From positions 1-64,000 of the forward strand of contig JBCCQQ010000006.1 in assembly GCA_039024555.1 (NCBI GenBank): a stretch of 64,000 nucleotides of DNA, written 5' to 3'. Shown here piece after piece: positions 1 through 11,474 of this stretch. The stretch is from Cyanobacteria bacterium P01_D01_bin.156. Lineage in GTDB: Bacteria; Cyanobacteriota; Cyanobacteriia; Phormidesmidales; Phormidesmidaceae. The notes beneath the pieces are model-generated. The model had not been told where the DNA came from and ran no database searches. It saw nothing but the letters and a program-made list of their open reading frames with translations. Numbering within the stretch: the stretch's first letter is position 1; each line of letters starts with the position of its first letter. A program made the translations under genes and the position numbers.

Positions 1-132
1 CGAATATGTGTCCCTTTACAGAAACGCTATGCAAGGACTGGCTGAAAATCCTTGCCTCTAGGAAAGGGACTACTGACCCTGTCTGGGCGATGGGATAACC
101 CCTGAGATTTCTATTCAGTTTTTCAGCAAACC
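1..132. mobile_element. Terminal portion of a probable IS5-family element or derived MITE; the rest lies outside the window
   Basis: Ends ...TTTTTCAGCAAACC (reverse complement GGTTTGCTGAAAAA, resembling cyanobacterial IS5-type terminal repeats). It is followed by CTAA (133-136), a YTAR-type target. The junction is exactly where FHA-like sequence begins. No transposase is visible in the window. Confidence 0.6.
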
Positions 133-2694
133 CTAATTAATCCAGCGGGTATTGTGTTTGGTGAGAATGCAGCGCTGAATCTTGATGGGGCATTCACAGC
201 GGCAACAGCAACAGGCTTAGGGTTTGGCGATCATCTTTTTGATGTATTTGATACAAATAGCTATTTAGAGCTAACCGGCAATCCAAACAGTTTTATCTTT
301 GCGTCTGAAACACCAGGATCTATTGTCAATGAAGGAAATCTAACGGGTGATACTGGTAAAAGTATCATGTTGCTAGGAGGCAGTGTGATCAATACAGGTA
401 GCATTGTTGCTCCAGATGGTGGAGAGATTACTGTAGCTGCGGTTCCTGGTGAAAACCAGGTACGGATTAGCCAGGAGAATATGCTGTTGAGCCTAACGCT
501 GGAAACACTACCAGAAAAAGCCACTGCATCTACGCCAACAGGAATTGAAGCATTAGCTTTACCTGAGTTGCTAACGGGAATGCCCGAAAATATGGGCGAG
601 CTGTCGTTATCGGCTAATCAAGATGGTACAGTTGCGCTGACACATACAAATTCAACACTATCAGATATCCCTGAGTTAGCCCTTATAACAGGAACTCTGG
701 ATGCTTCAGGTGATATAGGTGGTGATGTAGCCGTGCTGGGAGATCGGGTTGCCCTTGTTGGCGCTACTGTTAATGCCTCTGGCGATGTAGAAGGTGGAAA
801 TGCTCGAATTGGTGGAGACTATCAGGGGCAGGGGAACATACCCAATGCAACGCAGACCTATGTAAGTGCAGATTCAGTAATCAATGCTGATGCCGTGGTA
901 AAAGGTGACGGTGGGCGAGTTATTGTATGGGCTGATGAAGGGACACAAGTTAACGGTCAGATAACTGCACTTGGTGGGAACAGTGGCGGCAATGGTGGTT
1001 TTGTAGAGATTTCTGGTCAAGATAGTCTAGTATTTACCGGTGAAGTAGATGTAACAGCACCATTGGGTATAGATGGAACTGTACTATTTGATCCTACTAA
1101 CATAGAGATTCGAGATGGTAGTGGAACTGGTACTAATGATAACCTGTTGCCAGAACTACTTTTTTCAAATACTAGCGATGGAGAGACTCCTTTTGTACTC
1201 TATGAAGAGTACCTAGAGAGTCTTGAAGGCAATATTATATTACAGGCAACAGAAAATATTATAATTAAAGACTTGTCCGATAATGCCCTTAGCTTTAGTA
1301 CCTTGCAACAAAATGGTACAGATACCACACCAACTCGTGTCGAGTTTATTACAACAAATGGTAATTTTAGAATGGAGGGGGAAGACGATTCCGTAGTACT
1401 CAACGGACGCGACCTTATCGTTTCTTCTACATCAATTAGAGCAGGTGATATCACTATAGATTTTTCACCACAAAGTAAGTTTGATAGTTCCATTTTTATG
1501 ACAGCCTCTTCAGGGGATATCTTAACAGGCGATATTATGGCAGCAGGTAGAGTAGAGTTGTCAGCTCAGGGAAGTATTGTAACTGAAGAAATTCTAAATT
1601 TTGGCGATATAGGTCTTAGTGAGGAAAGGTTACAAGATCGGATTGATAATGGTGGAGTTTTTCTGACGGCTAACAAAGATGTCCGCGTGGTTGGCATAAG
1701 TTCCTCACCCGGAAGAATTAATGTTTCTGCAGGGGGACTTTTTCAAGCAACAGGTACAATTACTACAATCAGCAATATTAGTGGTACTGACGGGATCCAG
1801 ATATCGGCCTCTGTGTTAGATGAAGGCAGAGTGAGTATAGATGCGGATGAAAATACTGATATCAAAGAGTTTTTAATAGCAAGAAGATTGCTAAATGCAC
1901 AAGACGGAAGCTTTAATGATGAATTTGTGACATCGAACGGGGAAGTATTTGTACATATAAAAAAAGACGAAGATAGTTTGGCAGAAATAGCAGAGCGTGA
2001 TGCTCAGGGAAACATCGTTTTCCTTCCTATCGAAGAGACGACTGAACGTGATGCCAGAAAATTTTCACTGATTGATACCAATTCAGAAGATAGGTTGATT
2101 CGTCTGAGTCTAAACAATACTCCTGTTAGTATAAATGCCCTATTTTTCTTTGCTGCTCCTGCAGCTGTGCCTCCTAGTGTTCAAATCACTCATTCTGGGA
2201 GGAGTATTGAGACGGGTTCTGAAAATATTTCTATCAATGGTGAAGGCGAAGGACAGTTTATTATAGGTCCTAGGGTAATAGATCTTGATGGTAATTTTAG
2301 GTTTGATGAATATCTTAGTGGCGGGAGCGGACTTGCTTTAGCTCGTGTAGATTACTCATCACAGCTAGACTTTGGTTCTGACAATTTTCCTAACGATGTG
2401 AGCGGTACTGCAGGAGCTATAACTATCGGTTTGACTAGCAATGCAACCCTAGATTCTTTGGCACTAGGAGTTGAGTATGATCCACCGGATATAGTTAACT
2501 CAATCGAGAATTCTGTTGCCCTGAACGCTACATTGCCAACAGATAATCTAAGCTCTGAAAAAAGTTCAGAAGATATAGAGAGCTTAGTTAATGAGGATGT
2601 TAAAGAATCTTCAGACAGTGGCGACTTGTGTAGCGCCTTCAACGTTACAGAACTTCTTTCAGTTAGCGAAATCTTACCCGAAGAATGTCAGTAG
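133..2694 (+). pseudogene. 5'-truncated filamentous haemagglutinin/TPS-domain exoprotein
   Basis: The frame reads LINPAGIVFGENAALNL from 133, i.e. mid-TPS domain (compare NLFLLNPNGFIFGPNAALDV in the paralog at 32219). There is an in-frame TGA at 103-105 and no signal peptide. Gly/Asn/Thr-rich beta-helix motifs follow (GGRVIVWAD, GGFVEISG). Confidence 0.75.
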
Positions 2695-2739
2695 GAAAGA
2701 TAGTTACAATAGAATCTAAACTTTAGTGGGGATTAATAG

Positions 2740-5256
2740 ATGCTCAGATTCAAGCGAGTAACCACTTTTCCCATTACTTTGGCAAGGGCTAGCTTAATTG
2801 TGCTTGTTTCTTCTGGTGTAGGAAGTAATAACATCTTATTAGCAGCAGTCCCCCAACACAGTAGGAGTATATTTGTAAATCACCTAGCCCAAAATAGTTC
2901 AGAGAATCTTTTTGAGGAAGGGCTTGCAGCTTATAAAGATAAAAATTTTGAGCACGCTGCATACTTGTGGCAACAAGCATTAGACCAGTATCAAGCTAAC
3001 CATAACCTTGCAGGGGAAATAGCCACTCTAGAAGCTTTGGGGGCCGCTTATCTTAAGTTGCAGCAATATGACCAGGTTGTTCACTATCTTCAACCCTTGC
3101 TAGCCATGTCAGCAGAAGAGGTGAGTTGGCAAACCCAAGCAGCGGCTGGAAGTAACCTAGCATTAGCCCTACGTAGGATTGGCAACTATGTTGATGCGCT
3201 TAGCCAACAGTATCAGGTTCTGAAACTTCGTCAAGACAATCAAGATATCCGTGGTGAAGCTGAAGCTGCCTTAAATCTGGGACAAATCTACCAGCTTTTA
3301 GGTAATTATGATCAGGCAGTTAACCTATATCAAAAAAGTCTAGAACTTATTAAAGAAGTACAAAGTCCTCAAACTGAGGCGATTATTCTCACGAGCATCG
3401 GCACCGTATATTTTGATCAGGGGCAATACTCGCAAGCACTTACTTACTACGAGAGGAGTAGGGCTATTGCTGATGATATTGGCAATCTAAAAATAGAAGC
3501 CTATGCTCTTGCCAATATCGGTAATGTTTATCTTCTTGCCTATGAAGACGATGAGGCTGCTATGCAGTCTTGGAATCAAGCATTAGAACTATCCAGACAG
3601 ATCTCAGATGGTTGGCTAACAGCTAAAAATGCTTCGAGTCTTGGACTAGTTTATGCAAAACTTTCCCGTTTTGAAAAGGCCTTATCTTTTCACAGTAAAG
3701 CACAACAACAATTTCAAGCAATTGGCTCTAAGCCAGATATCGCTAGGAGCTTGAATAATCGAGCCCACAGTCTTTTAGAATGGGGCAAGGTATTCAAAGC
3801 TGATGGTGATTCACGACAGGCGACGGAGAAATTCCAAGCAGCTGCTAGTAGCCTGACTGAAGCAGTTGCACTGTTAGATTCTATTCGTGGCGGGTTGTCT
3901 ACAGATGCACAGCGGGTTTCTGTATTTGACACCCAGACTATGACGTATAACCTGTTGCAGCAGGTATTTATTGAGCAAAGTGAAAATGAAGTAGCTCTCC
4001 AGATTTCTGAACAAGGCCGTGCCCGTGCTTTTTCAACATTGATTGCTGAGCAGCAATCTGTTTCGGAAGACTTTTCTTTAGAGAAGTTCAAAGCGATTGC
4101 ACGCAACCAAAATGTCACTTTAGTGGAATACTCAATCATTCCTAAAAATGAGGTTGTCCACCAGGGAAAAGAAAAGGGAGAAGCAGGTGAGCTTTATATT
4201 TGGGTAGTGACACCCACAGGTGATATTAAATTCCATCGAGAAAACCTAGATGATATTAGCTTAAAAGAGCTAATTGAAGCATCCCGAATTTCTATTGGAG
4301 TAAACAATCGTGGTGGTCTTGTCGCTGCAAATGATTCATCTGTCGATCCTACTCAAAGTCTAAAGGACCTTCATAAGATATTGATTGACCCTATTCAGAA
4401 CTGGTTGCCTAGAGATAAGTCTAGTTCTGACACTGAACAGGTTGTAATTATCCCTCAGGGAGAACTCTTTTTAGTGCCTTTCCCAGCTTTGATAGATGAG
4501 CAGGATAGCTATTTAATCGAAAAACATACTCTTTTGACAGCACCTTCAATGCAGACATTGTCTTTCAGTCATCAACTTTATCAATCTAGAGATAAACGTG
4601 ATTTTTCTGAATTAACGGAGGACGATTGGCTAGTTGTTGGAAATCCTACAATGCCAGAAGTGTGGAGCTCTGAGAAGACCCAGAAGATTACTTTACAAAG
4701 TTTGCCAGGGGCTGAACAGGAAGCAAATGCAATTGCAACCCAGTTTGGCATTGCCCCCTTTATTGGTAATGAGGCAACCGAAAGCAATATCAGGCAACGG
4801 CTGGAATCCTCCCGAGTGATACACCTAGCGACCCATGGTCTGCTTGAGTACGGCAATCCTAAAGACTCTGGCATTAGCGATACACCAGGAGCAATTGCTT
4901 TAACACCGGATGATACTCATGATGGGTTACTAACGGCAGCAGAGCTGTCCGAATTTAATCTGAATGCAGATTTAGTAGTGCTAAGCGCCTGTGACACCGG
5001 GTTGGGTGACATTACAGGTGATGGCGTAATTGGTCTGTCCCGTTCATTGATGCAGGCAGGCGCCCCTAGTGTTGTTGTGTCCCTTTGGGCTGTACCTGAT
5101 GCCCCGACTGCCAAACTAATGACTGATTTTTATAATCAGCTAAAGCAAGGTGAGAATAAAGCTCAAGCATTACGACAAGCCATGCTGAAAACCTTAAGAA
5201 GCCATCCAGAGCCTAGAAACTGGGCTGCTTTTACGTTAGTGGGTTCTGTTCAGTAG
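2740..5256 (+). CDS. TPR-repeat CHAT-domain (caspase-like, HetF-related) protease
   Basis: Signal-like N-terminus, many TPR repeats, catalytic motifs IHLATHG and LSACDTG, VVSLWAV, and C-terminal WAAFTLVG. Confidence 0.93.
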   Translation: MLRFKRVTTFPITLARASLIVLVSSGVGSNNILLAAVPQHSRSIFVNHLAQNSSENLFEEGLAAYKDKNFEHAAYLWQQALDQYQANHNLAGEIATLEALGAAYLKLQQYDQVVHYLQPLLAMSAEEVSWQTQAAAGSNLALALRRIGNYVDALSQQYQVLKLRQDNQDIRGEAEAALNLGQIYQLLGNYDQAVNLYQKSLELIKEVQSPQTEAIILTSIGTVYFDQGQYSQALTYYERSRAIADDIGNLKIEAYALANIGNVYLLAYEDDEAAMQSWNQALELSRQISDGWLTAKNASSLGLVYAKLSRFEKALSFHSKAQQQFQAIGSKPDIARSLNNRAHSLLEWGKVFKADGDSRQATEKFQAAASSLTEAVALLDSIRGGLSTDAQRVSVFDTQTMTYNLLQQVFIEQSENEVALQISEQGRARAFSTLIAEQQSVSEDFSLEKFKAIARNQNVTLVEYSIIPKNEVVHQGKEKGEAGELYIWVVTPTGDIKFHRENLDDISLKELIEASRISIGVNNRGGLVAANDSSVDPTQSLKDLHKILIDPIQNWLPRDKSSSDTEQVVIIPQGELFLVPFPALIDEQDSYLIEKHTLLTAPSMQTLSFSHQLYQSRDKRDFSELTEDDWLVVGNPTMPEVWSSEKTQKITLQSLPGAEQEANAIATQFGIAPFIGNEATESNIRQRLESSRVIHLATHGLLEYGNPKDSGISDTPGAIALTPDDTHDGLLTAAELSEFNLNADLVVLSACDTGLGDITGDGVIGLSRSLMQAGAPSVVVSLWAVPDAPTAKLMTDFYNQLKQGENKAQALRQAMLKTLRSHPEPRNWAAFTLVGSVQ

Positions 5257-5258
5257 CG

Positions 5259-6074
5259 TTAACTAGATAGTATGGATTCAGTATTGAGTAGACTGCAGGC
5301 CGCCTGATCCGCTAGAAGCCTATGTTGGCCATCGCTACCTAGCCGCAGCATTGAAGCAGGACAGGCCGTTGATGGAGGAACGGTTAATAATGTGCGGAGA
5401 ATCTTGGCTTTTGATGTTCCAAAGATGCAACAAAGCGTATGTCTAGCACTTTGAATGGCACTCAGCGTCAGTGTGAGGGCGTGGGTGGGTACATCCTCAA
5501 GTTGAGAAAAGTATTCAGAGGTCAGCTGTTGTTGACGATTAGCCTCGTCTAAACGCACCAGTTTGACCCAGCGCGGATCTTCAAAATCAGCAACAGCTGG
5601 ATCGTTAAATGCTAAGTGGCCATTATTTCCCACCCCTAGTAAACAAAGGTCAATGGGGTTTTGAGACAGCAGATTGGTGTAGCGATCGCACTCTTGTATC
5701 GGTTCCAAAGCATCACCATAGAGATAATGAAATGCTTGGAAGGGTAACCATTGAGCAATGTGCTGCTGTAGATAATGGCCAAAACTAGCAGGATGCTGTG
5801 ACGATAACCCCAAAAACTCATCAAGATGTAGGCCGATAACCCGCGACCAGTCTACAGTACGGTCATGGCGCAGGTAATTTAAAGGCCCCAGTTGGGACCG
5901 TCCTGTGGCAAAGATAATAGTGGCTGTATCTTGATGTTGTAACGCTTGTTTCAGCTGAGTAACAACTTGCTGCGCAGCAGCCCGGCCCAGATCGTTTGGG
6001 TCGGTATAAATCTCTATCTGGAGACCATCGGCTTGATGAGTGTGGCGTCTAATTTGACTAGATTGGCTGATCAT
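5259..6074 (-). CDS. nagB: Glucosamine-6-phosphate deaminase family protein
   Basis: Motifs FATGRSQ, HLDEF and LLGVGNNGHLAFNDP. ATG at 6074 preferred over TTG at 6140. Confidence 0.8.
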   Translation of the reverse strand: MISQSSQIRRHTHQADGLQIEIYTDPNDLGRAAAQQVVTQLKQALQHQDTATIIFATGRSQLGPLNYLRHDRTVDWSRVIGLHLDEFLGLSSQHPASFGHYLQQHIAQWLPFQAFHYLYGDALEPIQECDRYTNLLSQNPIDLCLLGVGNNGHLAFNDPAVADFEDPRWVKLVRLDEANRQQQLTSEYFSQLEDVPTHALTLTLSAIQSARHTLCCIFGTSKAKILRTLLTVPPSTACPASMLRLGSDGQHRLLADQAACSLLNTESILSS

Positions 6075-6301
6075 TTTGATTGGCCCAGAGAAACTCTCAC
6101 AGTGCTGTAGCGTCAGCATTGCATCTAAGTTTCCCGACAATCAATGACGGTCAGATATGACTATCAGCAATGTCAACGCTACAAAACTTAATCCTAGGTC
6201 TATCCCCAAGAACTGTTGGCTTTCCGATAACAACTTGAAATAACCCTATGGGATTCGTTAGCTTGCGCTAAGCTTTTTAAGCGTTATTGATAGGCTAAAG
6301 C

Positions 6302-9088
6302 ATGAGTGCAAAGTGGTTATGGGTACTGTTCGGAGGATTTATTGCCATTATTTTCTCCGGTTCAATGGTGCACTTGATTACGGAGATTTGGTGGTTTGAG
6401 TCCGTCGGTTTTGCCGATGTGCTCTGGACGCGCCTGCGTTGGCAAGCTGCGATCGCACTAGCAGCCTTTCTGATTTGGTGGCTTGTCCTATTTATTAACT
6501 ATGCCATTGCCCAACGATTAACCCGCGACCGTCCCCTACAGGTAGTGCAAAATCCCCAATGGGATCCCTACCTACCTGGGTTAATCCGCTATACCAGTTT
6601 CATTTTTATTACCTTATTGGCGTTCACCGCCGCCATCAACGGCGTTGAGACTTGGGAAACAGTCATCAAATTTCTAAATCCCGTTGATTTTAACACCCAA
6701 GATCCTCTTTATGGTCGGGACATCAGTTTCTATATTTTTCAACTACCTCTATTTGAAATCCTACACCGGGCAGCCATTGAACTACTGATCTGGAGTCTGC
6801 TACTTTCTGCCTGTATTTACGGTATCAAAGGAGAAATCCGCCCAGAACGAGGATGGAAATATTTTCTCACCGGAGAAGTCAAAACCCACTTCTGTGTGCT
6901 TCTAGCCGCTTTCGCCACCATTTTTGCCCTAGGGTTTTGGCTCGCTCGCTACGAACTGCTCTATTCTCCAACGGGGGTAGTCTTTGGCGCTGGTTATACC
7001 GATGTCAACGCCCGGATGCAAGCCTACGGCATCATGGGATTTATCACAGTTGCCATTGGCATTGTATTTGTGATTTCCCTATGGCGCAGTGGTTTTCTCC
7101 TGCCCCTCACAGCCATTAGCCTATACGCAGCCGTGTTTGTCGTGGTTACAGGGGCGTACCCTTGGGCTCAACAAACCTTTGTCGTAGAACCCAACGAACT
7201 CCAAAAAGAATCTCCCTACATTGCCGATAATATAGCCCTCACCCGCCAGGCTTATGGCCTAGATAACGTTCAGCAAGAATCTTTTGAAGTTAAAAATCAG
7301 CTCGATGCTGATGCCCTAGATCGTAACAGCAGCACTATCGATAACATTCGTCTCTGGGATTATCGCCCTCTGCAGAGCACCTACAGTAGTTTACAAACCC
7401 TACGCCCCTACTATCGATTTCAAGACGTTGATATTGATCGCTACACCCTTAATAATGACTACCGCCAGGTCATGCTCTCCCCTAGGGAACTGGTGGACGA
7501 TGCCCTACCTGCTCAGGCACAAACATGGGTAACACAACATCTCATCTATACCCATGGCTATGGCGTGGCTATGAGTCCAGTCAACAAAGTCACCCAAGAC
7601 GGTCTACCGGAGCTATTCATTAAAGATCTCCCCCCTAATATTTCGGTTGATCTAACCATAGATCAACCTAGAATTTACTATGGTGAAGCCACCGATCGAT
7701 ATATTCTCACAGGTACCGACCAGGCAGAATTTGACTACCCTCTAGGTAACGATAACGCTCAGTATAACTATACTGGCCCTGGAGGAGTGTCCATCGGTAC
7801 CCCCCTAAAACGTCTAATCTATGCCTACAATCTGGGAGACTGGCAAATGTTGTTGTCTAATTCCTTAGGCGACAATTCACGTATCCATTATCATCGTCTG
7901 ATTCAAGATCGTATTCGTCAGCTTGCCCCCTTTCTCTCTTTGGATAGTGACCCCTACATGGCCATTATTGATGGTCGTATGCAGTGGATTGTAGATGCCT
8001 ATACCCTGAGCAATCGTTATCCTTACTCCGAACCCCTCCAGCGCAGCGACGGGATCCAGGCAATTATTCAAAATCGAGCCATGGATACCCTTGTCAAAAC
8101 AGGTACGAACTACATTCGTAATCCGGTCAAAGCAGTCGTGGATGCCTATGATGGCACCCTCAAACTCTATGTTGTTGATAATTCTGATCCAATTCTTGCC
8201 TCATTTCAACAGAGTTTTCCAAGCCTGTTTGAGCCATTAGAAAATGCACCAGCCAGTCTCCAGGCCCATTTTCGCTATCCTCAGATGTTGTTTAAGATCC
8301 AGACTCAAATGTATCGGGCCTATCACATGGAGCGGCCCGAAGTATTCTATAAACAAGAAGACCTGTGGGACTTTCCTACCCAAATTACTCGGGAAGAAAA
8401 CCCAGAAATTTTGGAACCCTATTACGTCATTATGAGGCTTCCAGAAACAAATGAAGAGGAGTTTATGCTGATTATTCCCTTTACTCCTGTGCGTAAAAAC
8501 AATATGGTCGCTTGGATGGCCGCTCGCTGTGATGGGGAAAACTACGGCAAACTTTTGGTCTATGAATTTTCGAGGCAAGCCCTACTCTACGGACCTCAAC
8601 AAATTGACTCTCGTATTGATCAAAATACGGAAATTTCGCAACAGTTGACGCTGTGGAATCAAGAAGGGTCACAGGTGTTTCGAGGAGATTTATTAGTTAT
8701 TCCCATTGAACAGTCTTTACTGTATGTAAAACCTGTTTATCTTCAGGCCCGAGGGCAAAATAACAACAGCAATGCGATTCCAGAGCTTAAACGGGTGATC
8801 TTAGCCTACAAAGATTCCATCGTTATGGAACAGACTTTGGAAGATGGTCTGACTAAACTTTTTGGTCAACGTCAAACACCCCGTGCAGAGACACCGGCAG
8901 CTCCATTATCATCTACCCCGGAAAACCTATCTACAGAGCAACGCTCTTTAATTCAATCAGCGCTGGAAGCTTATACCCAAAGTCAACAGGCTCTCCAGCA
9001 GGGTGATTGGCAAGCCTATGGAGCGGCCCAAGAACGTTTGGGCCGCTTGCTTGATCAGCTAAATACTCGTGATCGTCCTGGACAATAG
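6302..9088 (+). CDS. UPF0182 family membrane protein
   Basis: N-terminal TM helices, NIRLWD, YTHGYG, PRIYYGE and NYIRNPVKAVVDAYDG motifs; 928 aa. Confidence 0.93.
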   Translation: MSAKWLWVLFGGFIAIIFSGSMVHLITEIWWFESVGFADVLWTRLRWQAAIALAAFLIWWLVLFINYAIAQRLTRDRPLQVVQNPQWDPYLPGLIRYTSFIFITLLAFTAAINGVETWETVIKFLNPVDFNTQDPLYGRDISFYIFQLPLFEILHRAAIELLIWSLLLSACIYGIKGEIRPERGWKYFLTGEVKTHFCVLLAAFATIFALGFWLARYELLYSPTGVVFGAGYTDVNARMQAYGIMGFITVAIGIVFVISLWRSGFLLPLTAISLYAAVFVVVTGAYPWAQQTFVVEPNELQKESPYIADNIALTRQAYGLDNVQQESFEVKNQLDADALDRNSSTIDNIRLWDYRPLQSTYSSLQTLRPYYRFQDVDIDRYTLNNDYRQVMLSPRELVDDALPAQAQTWVTQHLIYTHGYGVAMSPVNKVTQDGLPELFIKDLPPNISVDLTIDQPRIYYGEATDRYILTGTDQAEFDYPLGNDNAQYNYTGPGGVSIGTPLKRLIYAYNLGDWQMLLSNSLGDNSRIHYHRLIQDRIRQLAPFLSLDSDPYMAIIDGRMQWIVDAYTLSNRYPYSEPLQRSDGIQAIIQNRAMDTLVKTGTNYIRNPVKAVVDAYDGTLKLYVVDNSDPILASFQQSFPSLFEPLENAPASLQAHFRYPQMLFKIQTQMYRAYHMERPEVFYKQEDLWDFPTQITREENPEILEPYYVIMRLPETNEEEFMLIIPFTPVRKNNMVAWMAARCDGENYGKLLVYEFSRQALLYGPQQIDSRIDQNTEISQQLTLWNQEGSQVFRGDLLVIPIEQSLLYVKPVYLQARGQNNNSNAIPELKRVILAYKDSIVMEQTLEDGLTKLFGQRQTPRAETPAAPLSSTPENLSTEQRSLIQSALEAYTQSQQALQQGDWQAYGAAQERLGRLLDQLNTRDRPGQ

Positions 9089-9123
9089 ATGAATCGTTGG
9101 CTATCGCGCACAGTAGATACAAT

Positions 9124-9226
9124 AGCTTGGCTGATCCTCGCCGTGATTTTATCTGTAATATCCAGCTCTTTGGCCAGCCCTCTGGCCAGTTTCATCGATT
9201 ATTTCATACCCTAAATTAGCAACGGT
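9124..9226. repeat. Dispersed ~90-100 bp element with inverted ends, copy 1
   Basis: Left end GGCTGATCCTCGCCGTGATTTT; right end TTCATACCCTAAATTAGCAACGGT. Confidence 0.7.
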
Positions 9227-9348
9227 CGTAAAATCACAGTTTGGCACCAAACTTTTACCTCTGCCCTCCTGACGCCTTTGGGATTGTCTGGAAAATGAGT
9301 CATATTCATTTTCTAACTCCACAACCCAGTCAGGGAAGCTAGATAAGC

Positions 9349-11328
9349 GTGAAAAATCGATCCCAGAGCCTGTTGCTGCGGCTCATCACTCCCCTTTCCC
9401 TATTGTCTGCAGCTACGGTGCTGACGATTTCAGTCAGTACTTATTTTTCAGCTCGTGAAACTCTAAAGCAGTCACTGTATGAGCGTTTGAGAGTAGCCGT
9501 TACCCTCAAGGAAAAGGAGTTAACCCAGTGGTTTGAAGCACAGCGCAATGACATCCTGCTACTCGCTCGCTTACCTGAAATTCAATCCCAAACGGCTGTA
9601 CTCTTATCCAACTCCAAACCAGATGTATCTGAGCCAGAGGAGGCTGCATTACCGGCTGATGCAGCCCTCAAAGATATTGCTAAACAGCAGCTCAGTACCT
9701 ACCTCAGAAATATTACTGGGTTAAAAACTAACTTAGTAGAAATTTCTCTTGTGGCAGACGATGGCACCACACTTTATTCAACTAATAAAGCCTTAGAAAA
9801 TTCAAAACAATCCATTAGCGGTGAGCAGATAACTTACTTTGCCGATGCATCAGTCAAAGTCCAGCCTAACCTTTACACATCGGAGGTAACTGGTGCCACC
9901 GCGATTACCTTTGCTACACCTATCCTAGATCGAGAGAACAATCAAATAGGTGTACTGTTAGCTACCCTAGATCTACAAGATGTGGATTCCCTACTTCAGG
10001 ATCGTACAGGTTTGGGTAAAACAGGCACCACTTACCTAGTGGGCCAAGTGGATGACCAAAATCGATTTTTGGCCTCAAAACAAACGGAAGAAATAACTGG
10101 CAACATTAATAGCTTTGCCATCGATGCTGCAATCTCTGGAGAAAGCGGCTTTGGTCTATATCAGAATTATGCTGGTGAACCGGTGATTGGGGTTTACCAG
10201 TGGATTGACGATCAAAGCCTCGCTATGCTGGCTGAAATCAATCAGAGTGAGGCGTTTTCCCCGGCCCAAACATTGGCTCGCAATATCCTTTTAATTGGTC
10301 TTGTTGCTACGGGCCTACTACTATCGGGAATTTATATTCTCTCTCGCCGTATTACCCGACCCATTAGCCAGATTACCCAAGCAGCAATTCAGCTCCAAAG
10401 TGGTCAGCTGGCTCAAACTTTACCGGTTGTTCACCAGGATGAAATCGGAATTCTGGCCCAAGCGTTTAATCATATGGCGCGCCAGTTAAAACAGTCATTC
10501 ACCATGTTAGAAGACCAGAATCAAGCATTGGAGCAGCATGTCCAGGAACGTACAGCAGAGCTAGAAAAAGCAAAAGAAGCTGCCGAATCTGCCACTCGCA
10601 CGAAGAGTGCTTTTTTAGCCAATATGAGCCACGAGCTCCGCACCCCCCTTAACAGCATCATTGGCTATAGCGAGATCCTTGAGGAAGATATGGAGCTTAT
10701 GGTGGATAGTAGTTTGCTACCAGACGTCCGTAAAATTCAAGGCTCCAGTAAGCATTTGCTCAACCTAATCAATAGCGTTTTAGATCTGTCTAAAATTGAA
10801 ACTGGGCGAATGGAGCTTCATCTTGAGTCGACTAATATTGCAGCACTCATAGATGAGGTCGTAACCAACATTGGTCCCGCCATCGAGAAAAAATCTAATT
10901 ACTTTACCCTCAAAAATCAAAGCTCCATTGCTTCAATCGAAACCGATGCAGCGAAGCTACGCCAATGTCTGCTAAATCTACTGAGCAATGCCAATAAATT
11001 TACAGATAGAGGACAGATTAATCTAATTGTCACCACCCCTTACTACGGGGATGAAACCTACTTGGAATTTACCGTTGAAGATACGGGTATTGGCATTGCC
11101 CCAGACCAGTTAGAACATGTGTTTGAAGCCTTTAAACAGGCAGATGTATCATCCACTCGTCGCTACGAGGGAACCGGTCTGGGATTAACCATCACCCGCG
11201 AGTTTGTGTACATGCTTGGGGGCGTTGTCACTGCTCAAAATCGCCCCGGTGGCGGTTCTGTCTTTACACTGCGTATTCCTCAGGTTATACCCATGGTGCG
11301 ACAGCAGTCTCTAACAGTCGCCCAGTAG
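9349..11328 (+). CDS. Membrane sensor histidine kinase (Cache-like, HAMP, HisKA, HATPase)
   Basis: Two TM helices, HAMP (DEIGILAQAFNHM), H-box FLANMSHELRTPLN, and NLLSNANKFT, DTGIGI and GTGLGL motifs. No receiver domain. Confidence 0.93.
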   Translation: MKNRSQSLLLRLITPLSLLSAATVLTISVSTYFSARETLKQSLYERLRVAVTLKEKELTQWFEAQRNDILLLARLPEIQSQTAVLLSNSKPDVSEPEEAALPADAALKDIAKQQLSTYLRNITGLKTNLVEISLVADDGTTLYSTNKALENSKQSISGEQITYFADASVKVQPNLYTSEVTGATAITFATPILDRENNQIGVLLATLDLQDVDSLLQDRTGLGKTGTTYLVGQVDDQNRFLASKQTEEITGNINSFAIDAAISGESGFGLYQNYAGEPVIGVYQWIDDQSLAMLAEINQSEAFSPAQTLARNILLIGLVATGLLLSGIYILSRRITRPISQITQAAIQLQSGQLAQTLPVVHQDEIGILAQAFNHMARQLKQSFTMLEDQNQALEQHVQERTAELEKAKEAAESATRTKSAFLANMSHELRTPLNSIIGYSEILEEDMELMVDSSLLPDVRKIQGSSKHLLNLINSVLDLSKIETGRMELHLESTNIAALIDEVVTNIGPAIEKKSNYFTLKNQSSIASIETDAAKLRQCLLNLLSNANKFTDRGQINLIVTTPYYGDETYLEFTVEDTGIGIAPDQLEHVFEAFKQADVSSTRRYEGTGLGLTITREFVYMLGGVVTAQNRPGGGSVFTLRIPQVIPMVRQQSLTVAQ

Positions 11329-11402
11329 ATAGCCTTACATTTACATTGATGCAGTTAAAACCTAGGCGTTCCTTAAATGCTGTTCAGTTTCTGCCAGACC
11401 AG

Positions 11403-11455
11403 TTAGTGCCATGGATATAGTCCCTAAGTACTAGGGACTATATCCATGGCACTAA
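11403..11455. terminator. Perfect 24-bp inverted repeat between convergent genes (bidirectional terminator-like)
   Basis: TTAGTGCCATGGATATAGTCCCTA-agtac-TAGGGACTATATCCATGGCACTAA. Confidence 0.65.
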
Positions 11456-11474
11456 TTAACGATGGTCAAACTAA

